A DNA stretch of 64,000 bases, taken from assembly GCF_963921235.1 (NCBI RefSeq), contig NC_086098.1, forward strand, positions 868,001 to 932,000, read 5' to 3'. This DNA is from Mobula hypostoma (taxonomy: Eukaryota). The notes below the pieces were generated by a model. It was not told where the DNA came from. It searched no databases and saw nothing but the letters and a program-made list of their open reading frames with translations. The stretch's first letter is position 1, and every line of letters starts with the position of its first letter. Positions 1-15,200 of this stretch are shown here, one piece after another. The position numbers and the translations under genes were made by a program.

Positions 1-290
1 AATTCCCTTTACTCCACTGTAATACTAGTACATCTGAACTTAGATTCCCCCTATCAAATTTCGGAGTGAATTTGTTCATATTATGATCATTTTCCCCAAA
101 GGGTTCCTTTACCTTAAGCTCTCTAATCAATTCTGGTTCACCCAATCCAGAATAGCTGATCCTTTAGTGGGCTCAATCATGTGCTGCTCTAAAAAACCAT
201 CTCTAGAAATTCACCCTCCTGGTATTCAGCAACAGCCTGGCTTTCCCAATCTACCTGCACACTGAATCCCCCATGACTATTGTAACATAC
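1..290 (-). mobile_element. Decayed CR1 LINE ORF2 fragment, C-terminal half of the APE-type endonuclease domain (continues off the window)
   Basis: Manual minus-strand translation across small indels gives VTIVMGD(F)SVQVDWESQAVAEYQEGEFLE / DGFLEQHMIEPTKGSAILDWV / EPELIRELKVKEPFGENDHNMNKF...VLQWSKGN. This matches the CR1 EN motif order GDFN..DW, PTR..AILD, EPLG.SDH. Confidence 0.85.
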
Positions 291-3200
291 TGAAATCCCT
301 GTGAATATTGTAACAGACTGAAACCCCTGTGACTATTGTAACACACTTAAACCCCCGTGACTATTGTAACAGACTGAAACCTCCGTGACTATTGTAACAC
401 AATGAAACCCCCGTGACAATTGTAACAGACTGAAACCCCCATGAAAGTTGTAACACACTGAAACTCACATCACTATTGTAACACACTGAGACCCCCATCA
501 CTACTGTAATATACTGAAAACCCCTTGAATATTGTAACACACTGAAACCCGCATCACTATTGTAACACTCTGAAATCCCCTGTGACTATTGTAACACACT
601 GAAACTTCCATCACTATTGCAACACACTGACCCGTGGCTATTGTAACACACTGAAACCCCCGTGGCTATTGTAACACACTGAAACCCCCGTGACTATTGT
701 AAGCACTGAAACCCCGGTAGCTATTGTAAAACACTGAAACCTCCGTGAATATTGTAACACACTGAAACCCCAGTGACTATTGGAACACATTGAAACCCCC
801 GTGAATATTGTAACACACTGAAACCCCCGTGACTATTGTAACACACTGAAACCCCCGTAACTATTGTAACATACTGAAAACCCCGTGACTATTGTAACAC
901 ACTGAAACCCGCATCACTATTGTAACACACTGAAACCCCCGTGGCTATTGTAAAACACTGAAACCTCCGTTAATATTGTAACACACTGAAACCCCAGAGA
1001 CTATTGTAACACGCTGAAACCCCCTTGAATATTGTAACACACTGAAACCCGCATCACTATTGTAACACTCTGAAATCCCCTGTGACTATTGTAACACACT
1101 GAAACTCCCATCACTATTGCAACACACTGACCCGTGGCTATTGTAACACACTGAAACCCCCTGTGAATATAGCAACACACTGAAACTCGCATCACTATTG
1201 TAACACACTGAAACCCCCGTAGCTATTGTAAAACACTGAAACCCCCGTGACTATTGTAACACAGTGAAACCCCCGTGACGATTGTAACACACTGAACCTC
1301 CCATCACTATTGTAACACACTGAAACCCCCGTGATTATTGTAACACACTGAAACCCCCGTGAATATTGTAACACACTCAAACCCGCGTGACTATTGTAAC
1401 ACACTGAAACCCCCGTGAATATTCTAACACACTGAAACCCCCATGACTACTGTAACACACTGAAATCCCCGTAACGATTGTAACATACTGAAACCCCCGT
1501 GACTGCTGTAACACACTGAAACCCCCGTGACGATTGTAACACACTGAAACACCCGTGACTGTAGTAACACACTGAAACCCCGATCACTGTTATAACACAC
1601 TGAAACCCCCGTGACGATTGTAACATACTGAAACCCCTGTGACTATTGTAACACACTGAAACCCCTGTGACTATTGTAACACACTCAAATTCCCGTGACT
1701 GTTGCAACACACTGAAACCCCCGTGGATATTGTAACACACTGAGACCCCCGTCACTACTGTAATATACTGAAAACCCCTTGAATATTGTAACACACTGAA
1801 ACCCGCATCACTATTGTAACACTCTGAAATCCCCTGTGACTATTGTAACACACTGAAACTCCCATCACTATTGCAACACACTGACCCATGGCTATTGTAA
1901 CACACTGAAAACCCCGTGGCTATTCTAACACACTGAAACCCCCGTGACTATTGAAACATGCTGAAACCCCCGTGACAATTGTAACGCACTGAAACCCCGG
2001 TGGCTATTGTAAAACACTGAAACCTCCATGAATATTGTAACACACTGAAACCCCAGTGACTATTGTAACACATTAAAACCCCCGTGCATATTGTAACACA
2101 CTGAAACCCCCGTGACTATTGTAACACACTGAAACCCCCGTAACTATTGTAACATACTGAAAACCCCGTGACTATTGTAACACACTGAAACCCGCATCAC
2201 TATTGTAACGCACTGAAACCCCCTGTGACTATAGTAACACACTGAAACTCGCATCACTATTGTAACACACTGAAATCCCCGTGGCTATTGTAAAACACTG
2301 AAACCTCCGTGAATATTGTAACACACTGAAACCCCAGAGACTATTGTAACACGCTGAAACCCCCGTGACTATTGTAACATGCTGAAACCTCCTGCGACTA
2401 TTGTAACACGCTGAAACCCCCGTGACTATTGTAACACACTGAACCTCCCATCACTATTGTAACACACTGAAACCCCCGTGATTATTGTAACACACTGAAA
2501 CCCCCGTGAATATTGTAACACACTCAAACCCGCGTGACTATTGTAACATACTGAAACCCCCGTGAATATTGTAACACACTGAAACCACTGTGACTATTGT
2601 AACACACTGAAATCCCCGTGACTGTTGTAACACACTGAAACCCCCGTGAATATTGTGACACGCTGAAACTCCCATCACTATTGCAACACACTGACCCGTG
2701 GCTATTGTAACACACTGAAAACCCCGTGGCTATTGTAACACACTGAAACCCCCGTGACTATTGAAACATGCTGAAACCCCCGTGACTATTGTAACGCACT
2801 GAAACCCCGGTGGCTATTGTAAAACACTGAAACCTCCGTGAATATTGTAACACACTGAAACCCCCGTGACTGTTGTAACACGCTGAAACCCCCGTGAATA
2901 TTGTAACACACTGAAACACCCGTGACTATTGTAACATGCTGAAACCCCCGTGACTATTGTAACACGCTGAAACCCCCGTGAATATTGTAACAAACTGAAA
3001 TCCCCGTGAGTGTTATAACACACTGAAACCTCCGTGAATATTGTAACACACTGAAACCCCAGATACTATTGTAACACGCTGAAACCCCCGTGACTATTGT
3101 AACATGCAGAAACCTCCTGTGACTATTGTAACACGCTGAAACCCCCGTGATTATTGTAACATACTGAAACCCCCGTGAATACTGTAACACACTGAAACCC

Positions 3201-6200
3201 CCGTGACTATTGTAACACATTGAAAGCCCCGTGAATATTGTAACACACTGAAACCCCCGTGACCATTGTAACACACTGAAACCCCAGAGACTATTGTAAC
3301 ACGCTGAAACCCCCGTGACTATTGTAAAACGCTGAAACCTCCTGTGACTATTGTAACACGCTGAAACCCCCGTGATTATTGTAACATACTGAAACCCCCA
3401 TGAATATTGTAACACACTGAAACCCCCGTGACTATTGTAACACATTGAAACCCCCGTGAATATTGTAACACACTGAAACCCCCGTGACTATTGTAACACA
3501 CTGAAAGCCCCGTGAATATTGTAACACGCTGAAACCCCCGTGACTATTGTAACACGCTGAAACCTCCTGTGACTATTGTAACACGCTCAAAACCCCGTGA
3601 CCATTGCAACACACTGAAACCCCCGTGACTATTGTAATGCACTGAAACCCCCGTGACTATTGTAACACACTGAAACTCCCATCACTATTGTAACACACTG
3701 AAACCCCCGTGACTATTGTAACAAACTGAAATCCCCGTGAGTGTTATAACACACTGAAACGCTCGAGAATATTGTAACACACTGAAACCCCCGTGACTAT
3801 TGTAACACACTGAAACCCCCGTGAATATTGTAACACACTGAAACCCCCATGACTATTGTAACACACTGAAATCCCCTTGACTATTGTAACACGCTGAAAC
3901 CCCCGTGACTGTTGTAACACGCTAAAACCCCCGTAAATATTGTAACACACTGAAACACCCGTGCCTATTGTAAGATGCTAAAACCCCCGTGACTATTGTA
4001 ACACGCTGAAACCCCCGTGAGTATTGTAACACACTGAAACCCCAGAGACTATTGTAACACGCTGAAACCCCCGTGACTATTGTAACATGCAGAAACCTCC
4101 TGTGACTATTGTAACACGTTGAAACCCCCGTGATTATTGTAACATACTGAAACCCCCGTGAATACTGTAACACACTGAAACCCCCGTGACTATTGTAACA
4201 CACTGAAACCCCCGTGACTATTGTAACACACTGAAACCCCCGTGAATATTGTAACACACTGAAACCCCCGTGACTATTGTAACACGCTGAAACCCCCGTG
4301 ACTATTGTAACATGCAGAAACCTCCTGTGACTATTGTAACACGCTGAAACCCCCGTGATTATTGTAACATACTGAAACCCCCGTGAATACTGTAACACAC
4401 TGAAACCCCCGTGACTATTGTAACACATTGAAAGCCCCGTGAATATTGTAACACACTGAAACCCCCGTGACTATTGTAACACACTGAAACCCCAGTGACT
4501 ATTGTAACACACTGAAACCCCCGTGACTATTGTAACACACTGAAACCCCCTGTGACTATTGTAACACGCTGAAACCCCTGTGACTATTGTAACACACTGA
4601 AACGCCCGTGAATATTGTAACACACTGAAACCCCCGTGACTATTGTAACACGCTGTAACCACCGTGAATATTGTAACACACTGAAACCCCCGTGACCATT
4701 GTAACACACTGAAAGCCCCGTGACTATTGTAATGCACTGAAACCCCTGTGACTACTGTAACACACTGAAACGCTCGAGAATATTGTAACGCACTGAAACC
4801 CCCGTGACTATTGTAACAAACTGAAATCCCCGTGAGTGTTATAACACACTGAAACCCCCGTGAATATTGTAACACACTGAAACCCCCGTGACTATTGTAA
4901 CACACTGAAACCCCCGTGAATATTGTAACACACTGAAACCCCCGTGACTATTGTAACACGCTGAAACCCCCGTGAATATTGTAACACACTGAAACCCCCG
5001 TGACTATTGTAACACACTGAAAACCCCGTATATATTTTAACACACTGAAACCCCCATGACTATTGTAACACAACTGAAACCCCCGTGAATATTGTGACAC
5101 TCTGAAACCCCCGTGACTATTGTAACACGCTGAAACCCCCGTGACTATTGTAACACACTGAAACCCCCATGACTATTGTAACACACTGAAACCCCCGTGA
5201 CTATTGTAACACACTGAAACCCCCGTGAATATTGTAACACACTGAAACCCCCGTGACTATTGTAACACACTGAAACCCCCGTGAATATTGTAACACACTG
5301 AAACCCCCGTGACTATTGTAACACATTGAAACCCCCGTGAATATTGTAACACACTGAAACCCCCGTGACTATTGTAAAACGCTGAAGCCCCCTGTGACTA
5401 TTGTAACACACTGAAACCCCCGTGACTATTGTAACACACTGAAAGCCCCGTAACTATTGCAACATACTGAAACCCCCGTGGCTATTGTAAAACACTGAAA
5501 CCTCCGTGACGATTGTAACACACTGAAACTCCCATCACTATTGTAACACACTGAAACCCCGTGACTATTGTAACACACTGAAACCCCTGTGACTATTGTA
5601 ACACACTGAAACCCCCGTGACTATTGTAACACACTGAAACCCCCGTGAATATTGTAACACACTGAAACCCCCGTGACTATTGTAACACACTGAAACCCCA
5701 GTGACTATTGTAACACACTGAAACCCCCGTGAATATTGTAACACACTGAAACCCCCGTGACTATTGTAACACACTGAAACACCCGTGCCTATTGTAGCAT
5801 GCTAAAACCCCCGTGACTATTGTAACACACTGAAACCCCCGTGAATATTGTAACAAACTGAAATCCCCGTGAGTGTTATAACACACTGAAACCTCCGTGA
5901 CTATTGTAACGCACTGAAACCCTGGTGGCTATTGTAAAACACTGAAACCTCCATGAATATTGTAACACACTGAAACCCCAGTGACTATTGTAACACATTA
6001 AAACCCCCGTGAATATTGTAACACACTGAAACCCCCGTGACTATTGTAACACACTGAAACCCCCGTAACTATTGTAACATACTGAAAACCCCGTGACTAT
6101 TGTAACCCACTGAAACCCGCATCACTATTGTAACGCACTGAAACCCGCTGTGACTATAGTAACACACTGAAACTCGCAACACTATTGTAACACACTGAAA

Positions 6201-9200
6201 TCCCCGTGGCTATTGTAAAACACTGAAACCTCCGTGAATATTGTAACACACTGAAACCCCAGAGACTATTGTAACACGCTGAAACCCCCGTGACTATTGT
6301 AACATGCTGAAACCTCCTGCGACTATTGTAACACGCTGAAACCCCCGTGACTATTGTAACACACTGAACCTCCCATCACTATTGTAACACACTGAAACCC
6401 CCGTGATTATTGTAACACACTGAAACCCCCGTGAATATTGTAACACACTCAAACCCGCGTGACTATTGTAACATACTGAAACCCCCGTGAATATTGTAAC
6501 ACACTGAAACCACTGTGACTATTGTAACACACTGAAATCCCCGTGACTGTTGTAACACACTGAAACCCCCGTGAATATTGTGACACGCTGAAACCCCCGT
6601 GACTATTGTAACACACTGAAATCCCCATGACTATTGTAACACACTGAAACCCCCGTGGCTATTGTAACACACTGAAACCCCCGTGACTATTGAAACATGC
6701 TGAAACCCCCGTGACTATTGTAACGCACTGAAACCCCGGTGGCTATTGTAAAACACTGAAACCTCCGTGAATATTGTAACACACTGAAACCCCCGTGACT
6801 GTTGTAACACGCTAAAACCCCCGTAAATATTGTAACACACTGAAACACCCGTGCCTATTGTAGCATGCTAAAACCCCCGTGACTATTGTAACACGCTGAA
6901 ACCCCCGTGAATATTGTAACAAACTGAAATCCCCGTGAGTGTTATAACACACTGAAACCTCCGTGAATATTGTAACACACTGAAACCCCAGATACTATTG
7001 TAACACGCTGAAACCCCCGTGACTATTGTAACATGCAGAAACCTCCTGTGACTATTGTAACACGCTGAAACCCCCGTGATTATTGTAACATACTGAAACC
7101 CCCGTGAATACTGTAACACACTGAAACCCCCGTGACTATTGTAACACATTGAAAGCCCCGTGAATATTGTAACACACTGAAACCCCCGTGACCATTGTAA
7201 CACACTGAAACCCCAGAGACTATTGTAACACGCTGAAACCCCCGTGACTATTGTAACACGCTGAAACCTCCTGTGACTATTGTAACACGCTGAAACCCCT
7301 GTGATTATTGTAACATACTGAAACCCCCATGAATACTGTAACAGACTGAAACCCCCGTGACTATTGTAACACATTGAAAGCCCCGTGAATATTGTAACAC
7401 ACTGAAACCCCCGTGACTATTGTAACACACTGAAAGCCCCGTGAATATTGTAACACGCTGAAACCCCCGTGACTATTGTAACACGCTGAAACCTCCTGTG
7501 ACTATTGTAACACGCTCAAAACCCCGTGACCATTGCAACACACTGAAACCCCCGTGACTATTGTAATGCACTGAAACCCCCGTGACTATTGTAACACACT
7601 GAAACTCCCATCACTATTGTAACACACTGAAACCCCCGTGACTATTGTAACAAACTGAAATCCCCGTGAGTGTTATAACACACTGAAACGCTTGAGAATA
7701 TTGTAACGCACTGAAACCCCCGTGGCTATTGTAACACACTGAAACCCCCGTGAATATTGTAACACACTGAAACCCCCGTGGCTATTGTAACACACTGAAA
7801 TCCCCGTGACTATTGTAACACGCTGAAACCCCCGTGACTGTTGTAACACGCTAAAGCCCCCGTAAATATTGTAACACACTGAAACACCCGTGCCTATTGT
7901 AGCATGCTAAAACCCCCGTGACTATTGTAACACGCTGAAACCCCCGTGAATATTGTAACACACTGAAACCCCAGAGACTATTGTAACACGCTGAAACCCC
8001 CGTGACTATTGTAACATGCAGAAACCTCCTGTGACTATTGTAACACGTTGAAACCCCCGTGATTATTGTAACATACTGAAACCCCCGTGAATACTGTAAC
8101 ACACTGAAACCCCCGTGACTATTGTAACAAACTGAAATCCCCATGAGTGTTATAACACTCTGAAACCTCCGTGAATATTGTAACACACTGAAACCCCAGA
8201 GACTATTGTAACACGCTGAAACCCCCGTGACTATTGTAACATGCAGAACCCTCCTGTGACTATTGTAACACGCTGAAACCCCCGTGATTATTGTAACATA
8301 CTGAAACCCCCGTGAATACTGTAACACACTGAAACCCCCGTGACTATTGTAACACATTGAAAGCCCCGTGAATATTGTAACACACTGAAACCCCCGTGAC
8401 CATTGTAACACACTGAAACCCCAGAGACTATTGTAACACGCTGAAACCCCCGTGACTATTGTAACACGCTGAAACCTCCTGTGACTATTGTAACACGCTG
8501 AAACCCCTGTGATTATTGTAACATACTGAAACCCCCGTGAATACTGTAACAGACTGAAACCCCCGTGACTATTGTAACACATTGAAAGCCCCGTGAATAT
8601 TGTAACACACTGAAACACCCGTGACCATTGTAACACACTGAAAGCCCCGTGACTATTGTAATGCACTGAAACCCCTGTGACTACTGTAACACACTGAAAC
8701 GCTCGAGAATATTGTAACGCACTGAAACCCCCGTGACTATTGTAACAAACTGAAATCCCCGTGAGTGTTATAACACACTGAAACCCCCGTGAATGTTGTG
8801 ACACTCTGAAACCCCCGTGACTATTGTAACACGCTGAAACCCCCGTGAATATTGTAACACACTGAAACCCCCGTGACTATTGTAACACACTGAAACCACC
8901 GTGAATATTGTAACACTCTGAAACCCGCGTGACTATTGTAACACACTGAAAACCCCGTATATATTCTAACACACTGAAACCCCCATGACTATTGTAACAC
9001 ACTGAAATCCCGGTGACTATTGTAACATACTGAAACCCCCGTGACTGTTGTAACACACTGAACCCCCATCACTATTGTAACACCCTGAAACCCCCATGAC
9101 GATGGAAACACACTGAAACACCCGTGTCTGTTGTAACACACTGAAACCCCCGTGAATATTGTGACACGCTGAAACCCCCGTGACTATTGTAACACGCTGA

Positions 9201-12200
9201 AACCCCCGTGAATATTGTAACACACTGAAACCCCCGTGACTATTGTAACACATTGAAAGCCCCGTGAATATTGTAACACGCTGAAACCCCCGTGACTATT
9301 GTAACACGCTGAAACCTCCTGTGACTATTGTAACACGCTCAAAACCCCGTGACCATTGCAACACACTGAAACCCCCGTGACTATTGTAACGCACTGAAAC
9401 CCCCGTGACTATTGTAACACACTGAAACGCTTGAGAATATTATAACGCACTGAAACCCCCGTGACTATTGTAACAAACTGAAATCCCCGTGAGTGTTATA
9501 ACACACTGAAACGCTTGAGAATATTGTAACGCACTGAAACCCCCGTGGCTATTGTAACACACTGAAACCCCCGTGAATATTGTAACACACTGAAACCCCC
9601 GTGGCTATTGTAACACACTGAAATCCCCGTGACTATTGTAACACGCTGAAACCCCCGTGACTGTTGTAACACGTTAAAACCCCCGTAAATATTGTAACAC
9701 ACTGAAACACCCGTGCCTATTGTAGCATGCTAAAACCCCCGTGACTATTGTAACACGCTGAAACCCCCGTGAATATTGTAACAAACTGAAATCCCCGTGA
9801 GTGTTATAACACACTGAAACCTCCGTGAATATTGTAACACACTGAAACCCCAGAGACTATTGTAACACGCTGAAACCCCCGTGACTATTGTAACATGCAG
9901 AAACCTCCTGTGACTATTGTAACACGCTGAAACCCCCGTGAGTATTGCAACACACCGAAGCCCCGTGACTATCGTAACACGCTGAAACACCCCTTGAATA
10001 TTGTAACACACTGAAATGCTCGAGAATATTATAACACACTGAAACCCCCGTGACTATTGTAACGAACTGAAATCACCGTGAGTGTTATAACACACTGAAA
10101 CCCCCGTGAATATTGTGACACGCTGAAACCCCCGTGACTATTGTAACGCACTGAAACCCCCGTGAATATTGTAACACACTGAAACCCCCGTGACTATTGT
10201 AACACGCTGAAACCTCCTGTGACTATTGTAACACGCTGAAACCCCCGTGACCATTGTAACACACTGAAACCCCCGTGACTATTGTAACGCACTGAAACCC
10301 CCGTGACTATTGTAACACACTGAAACGCTCGAGAATATTGTAACGCACTGAAACCCCCGTGACTATTGTAACAAACTGAAATCCCCGTGAGTGTTATAAC
10401 ACACTGAAACGCTTGAGAATATTGTAACGCACTGAAACCCCCGTGACTATTGTAACACACTGAAACCCCCGTGAATATTGTAACACACTGAAACCCCCGT
10501 GACTATTGTAACACACTGAAATCCCCGTGACTATTGTAACACGCTGAAACCCCCGTGACTGTTGTAACACGCTAAAACCCCCGTAAATATTGTAACACAC
10601 TGAAACACCCGTGCCTATTGTAACATGCTAAAACCCCCGTGACTATTGTAACACGCTGAAACCCCCGTGAATATTGTAACACACTGAAATCCCCGTGAGT
10701 GTTGTAACACACTGAAACCTCCGTGAATATTGTAACACACTGAAACCCCAGAGACTATTGTAACACGCTGAAACCCCCGTGACTATTGTAACATGCAGAA
10801 ACCTCCTGTGACTATTGTAACACGCTGAAACCCCCGTGAGTATTGCAACACACCGAAGCCCCGTGACTATCGTAACACGCTGAAACACCCCTTGAATATT
10901 GTAACACACTGAAATGCTCGAGAATATTATAACACACTGAAACCCCCGTGACTATTGTAACGAACTGAAATCCCCGTGAGTGTTATAACACACTGAAACC
11001 CCCGTGAATATTGTGACACGCTGAAACCCCCGTGACTATTGTAACACACTGAAACCCCCGTGAATATTGTAACACACTGAAACCCCCATGACTATTGTAA
11101 CACACTGAAACCACCGTGAATATTGTAACACACTGAAAGCCCCGTATATATTCTAACACACTGAAATCCCGGTGACTATTGTAACATACTCAAAACCCCG
11201 TGACTGTTGGAACACACTGAAACCCCCATCACTATTGTAACACACTGAAACCCCTGTGAATATTGTAACACACTGAAACCCCTGTGACCATTGTCAAACA
11301 CTGCCCTATCACTATTGTAAAACACTGAAACGCCCTGTGACTATTGTAACCCACTGAAACCCCCGTGGCTATTGTAACACACTGAAAACCCCGTGACAAT
11401 AGTAACACACTGAAACCCCCATGAATATTGTAACACACTGAAACCCCCGTGACTATTGTAACACACTGAAACTCCAGTGAGTATTCTAAAATACTGAAAA
11501 CCCCTTGACTATTGTAACACACTGATACCCACATCACTATTGTAACACACTGAAACCCCCTGTGACTATTGGAACACACTGAAACTCCCATCACTATTGT
11601 AACACACTGAAACCCCCATGACGATTGTAACATACTGAAACCCCCGTGACTGTTGTAACACACTAAAATCCCCATGACTGTTGTAACACACTGAAACCCC
11701 CGTGAATATTGTAACACACTGAAACCCCTGTGACCATTGTCAAACACTGAAACCCCTATCACTATTGTAAAACACTGAAACACCCTGTGACTATTGTAAC
11801 CCACTGAAACCCCCGTGGCTATTGTAACACACTGAAAACCCCGTGACAATAGTAACACACTGAAACCCCCATGAATATTGTAACACACTGAAACCCACGT
11901 GACTATTGTAACACACTGAAACCTCCTGTGACTATTGTAACACGCTCAAAACCCCGTGACGATTGCAACACACTGAAACCCCCGTGACTATTGTAATGCA
12001 CTGAAACCCCCGTGACTATTGTAACACACTGAAACTCCCATCACTATTGTAACACACTGAAACCCCCGTGACTATTGTAACACACTGAAATCCCCGTGAG
12101 TGTTATAACACACTGAAACGCTTGAGAATATTGTAACGCACTGAAACCCCCGTGGCTATTGTAACACACTGAAACCCCCGTGAATATTGTAACACACTGA

Positions 12201-15200
12201 AACCCCCGTGGCTATTGTAACACACTGAAATCCCCGTGACTATTGTAACACGCTGAAACCCCCGTGACTGTTGTAACACGCTAAAGCCCCCGTAAATATT
12301 GTAACACACTGAAACACCCGTGCCTATTGTAGCATGCTAAAACCCCCGTGACTATTGTAACACGCTGAAACCCCCGTGAATATTGTAACAAACTGAAATT
12401 CCCATGAGTGTTATAACACACTGAAACCTCCGTGAATATTGTAACACACTGAAACCCCAGAGACTATTGTAACACGCTGAAACCCCCGTGACTATTGTAA
12501 CATGCAGAAACCTCCTGTGACTATTGTAACACGTTGAAACCCCCGTGATTATTGTAACATACTGAAACCCCCGTGAATACTGTAACACACTGAAACCCCC
12601 GTGACTATTGTAACAAACTGAAATCCCCATGAGTGTTATAACACTCTGAAACCTCCGTGAATATTGTAACACACTGAAACCCCAGAGACTATTGTAACAC
12701 GCTGAAACCCCCGTGACTATTGTAACATGCAGAAACCTCCTGTGACTATTGTAACTCGCTGAAACCCCCGTGATTATTGTAACACATTGAAAGCCCCGTG
12801 AATATTGTAACACACTGAAACCCCCGTGACCATTGTAACACACTGAAACCCCAGAGACTATTGTAACACGCTGAAAGCCCCGTGACTATTGTAACACGCT
12901 GAAACCTCCTGTGACTATTGTAACACGCTGAAACCCCCGTGATTATTGTAACATACTGAAACCCCCGTGAATACTGTAACAGACTGAATCCCCCGTGACT
13001 ATTGTAACACATTGAAAGCCCCGTGAATATTGTAACACACTGAAACCCCCGTGACCATTGTAACACACTGAAAGCCCCGTGACTATTGTAACGCACTGAA
13101 ACCCCCGTGACTATTGTAACACACTGAAACGCTCGAGAATATTGTAATGCACTGAAACCCCCGTGACTATTGTAACAAACTGAAATCCCCGTGAGTGTTA
13201 TAACACAACTGAAACCCCCCGTGAATATTGTGACACTCTGAAACCCCCGTGACTATTGTAACACACTGAAAGCCCCGTGAATATTGTAACACACTGAAAC
13301 CCCCGTGACTATTGTAACACACTGAAACCACCGTGAATATTGTAACACACTGAAACCCGCGTGACTATTGTAACACACTGAAAGCCCCGTATATATTCTA
13401 ACACACTGAAACCCCCATGACTATTGTAACACACTGAAATCCCGGTGACTATTGTAACATACTGAAACCCCCGTGACTGTTGTAACACACTGAACCCCCA
13501 TCACTATTGTAACACCCTGAAACCCCCATGACGATGGAAACACACTGAAACACCCGTGTCTGTTGTAACACACTGAAACCCCCGTGAATATTGTGACACG
13601 CTGAAACCCCCGTGACTATTGTAACACACTGAAACCCCCATGAATATTGTAACACACTGAAACCCCCGTGACTATTGTAACACATTGAAAGCCCCGTGAA
13701 TATTGTAACACGCTGAAACCCCCGTGACTATTGTAACACGCTGAAACCTCCTGTGACGATTGTAACACGCTGAAAGCCCCGTGACCATTGTAACACACTG
13801 AAACCCCCGTGACTATTGTAACGCACTGAAACCCCCGTGACTATTGTAACACACTGAAACGCTTGAGAATATTATAACGCACTGAAACCCCCGTGACTAT
13901 TGTAACAAACTGAAATCCCCGTGAGTGTTATAACACACTGAAACGCTTGAGAATATTGTAACACACTGAAACCCCCGTGACTATTGTAACACACTGAAAC
14001 CCCCGTGAATATTGTAACACACTGAAACCCCCGTGGCTATTGTAACACACTGAAATCCCCGTGACTATTGTAACACGCTGAAACCCCCGTGACTGTTGTA
14101 ACACGTTAAAACCCCCGTAAATATTGTAACACACTGAAACACCCGTGCCTATTGTAGCATGCTAAAACCCCCGTGACTATTGTAACACGCTGAAACCCCC
14201 GTGAATATTGTAACAAACTGAAATCCCCGTGAGTGTTATAACACACTGAAACCTCCGTTTATATTGTAACACACTGAAACCCCAGAGACTATTGTAACAC
14301 ACTGAAACCCCGTGACTATTGTAACACACTGAAGCCCTCGTGACTATTGTAACACACTGAAACCCCCGTGATTATTGTAACATACTGAAACCCCCGTGAA
14401 TACTGTAACACACTGAAACCCCCGTGACTATTGTAACACATTGAAAGCCCCGTGAATATTGTAACACACTGAAACCCCCGTGACCATTGTAACACACTGA
14501 AACCCCAGAGACTATTGCAACACACTGAAACCCCCGTAACTATTGTAACACGCTGAAACCTCCTGTGACTATTCTAACACGCTGAAACCCCTGTGATTAT
14601 TGTAACATACTGAAACCCCCGTGAATACTGTAACAGACTGAAACCCCCGTGACTATTGTAACACATTGAAAGCCCCATGAATATTGTAACACACTGAAAC
14701 CCGTGACCATTGTAACACACTGAAAGCCCTGTGACTATTGTAACGCACTGAAACCCCCGTGAGTATTGTAACACACTGAAACGCTCGAGAATATTGTAAC
14801 GCACTGAAACTCCCGTGACTATTGTAACAAACTGAAATCCCCGTGAGTGTTATAACACACTGAAACCCCCGTGATTGTTGTGACACTCTGAAACCCCCGT
14901 GACTATTGTAACACGCTGAAACCCCCGTGAATATTGTAACACACTGAAACGCCCGTGACTATTGTAACACACTGAAACCACCGTGAATATTGTAACACTC
15001 TGAAACCCGCGTGACTATTGTAACACACTGAAAACCCCGTATATATTCTAACACACTGAAACCCCCATGACTATTGTAACACACTGAAATCCCGGTGACT
15101 ATTGTAACATACTGAAACCCCCGTGACTGTTGTAACACACTGAAACCCCCATCACTATTGTAACACACTGAAACCCCCATGACGATGGAAACACACTGAA

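Noticed and set aside
83..265. 60-aa plus-strand ORF
   Set aside because: It is the antisense shadow of the decayed CR1 endonuclease.
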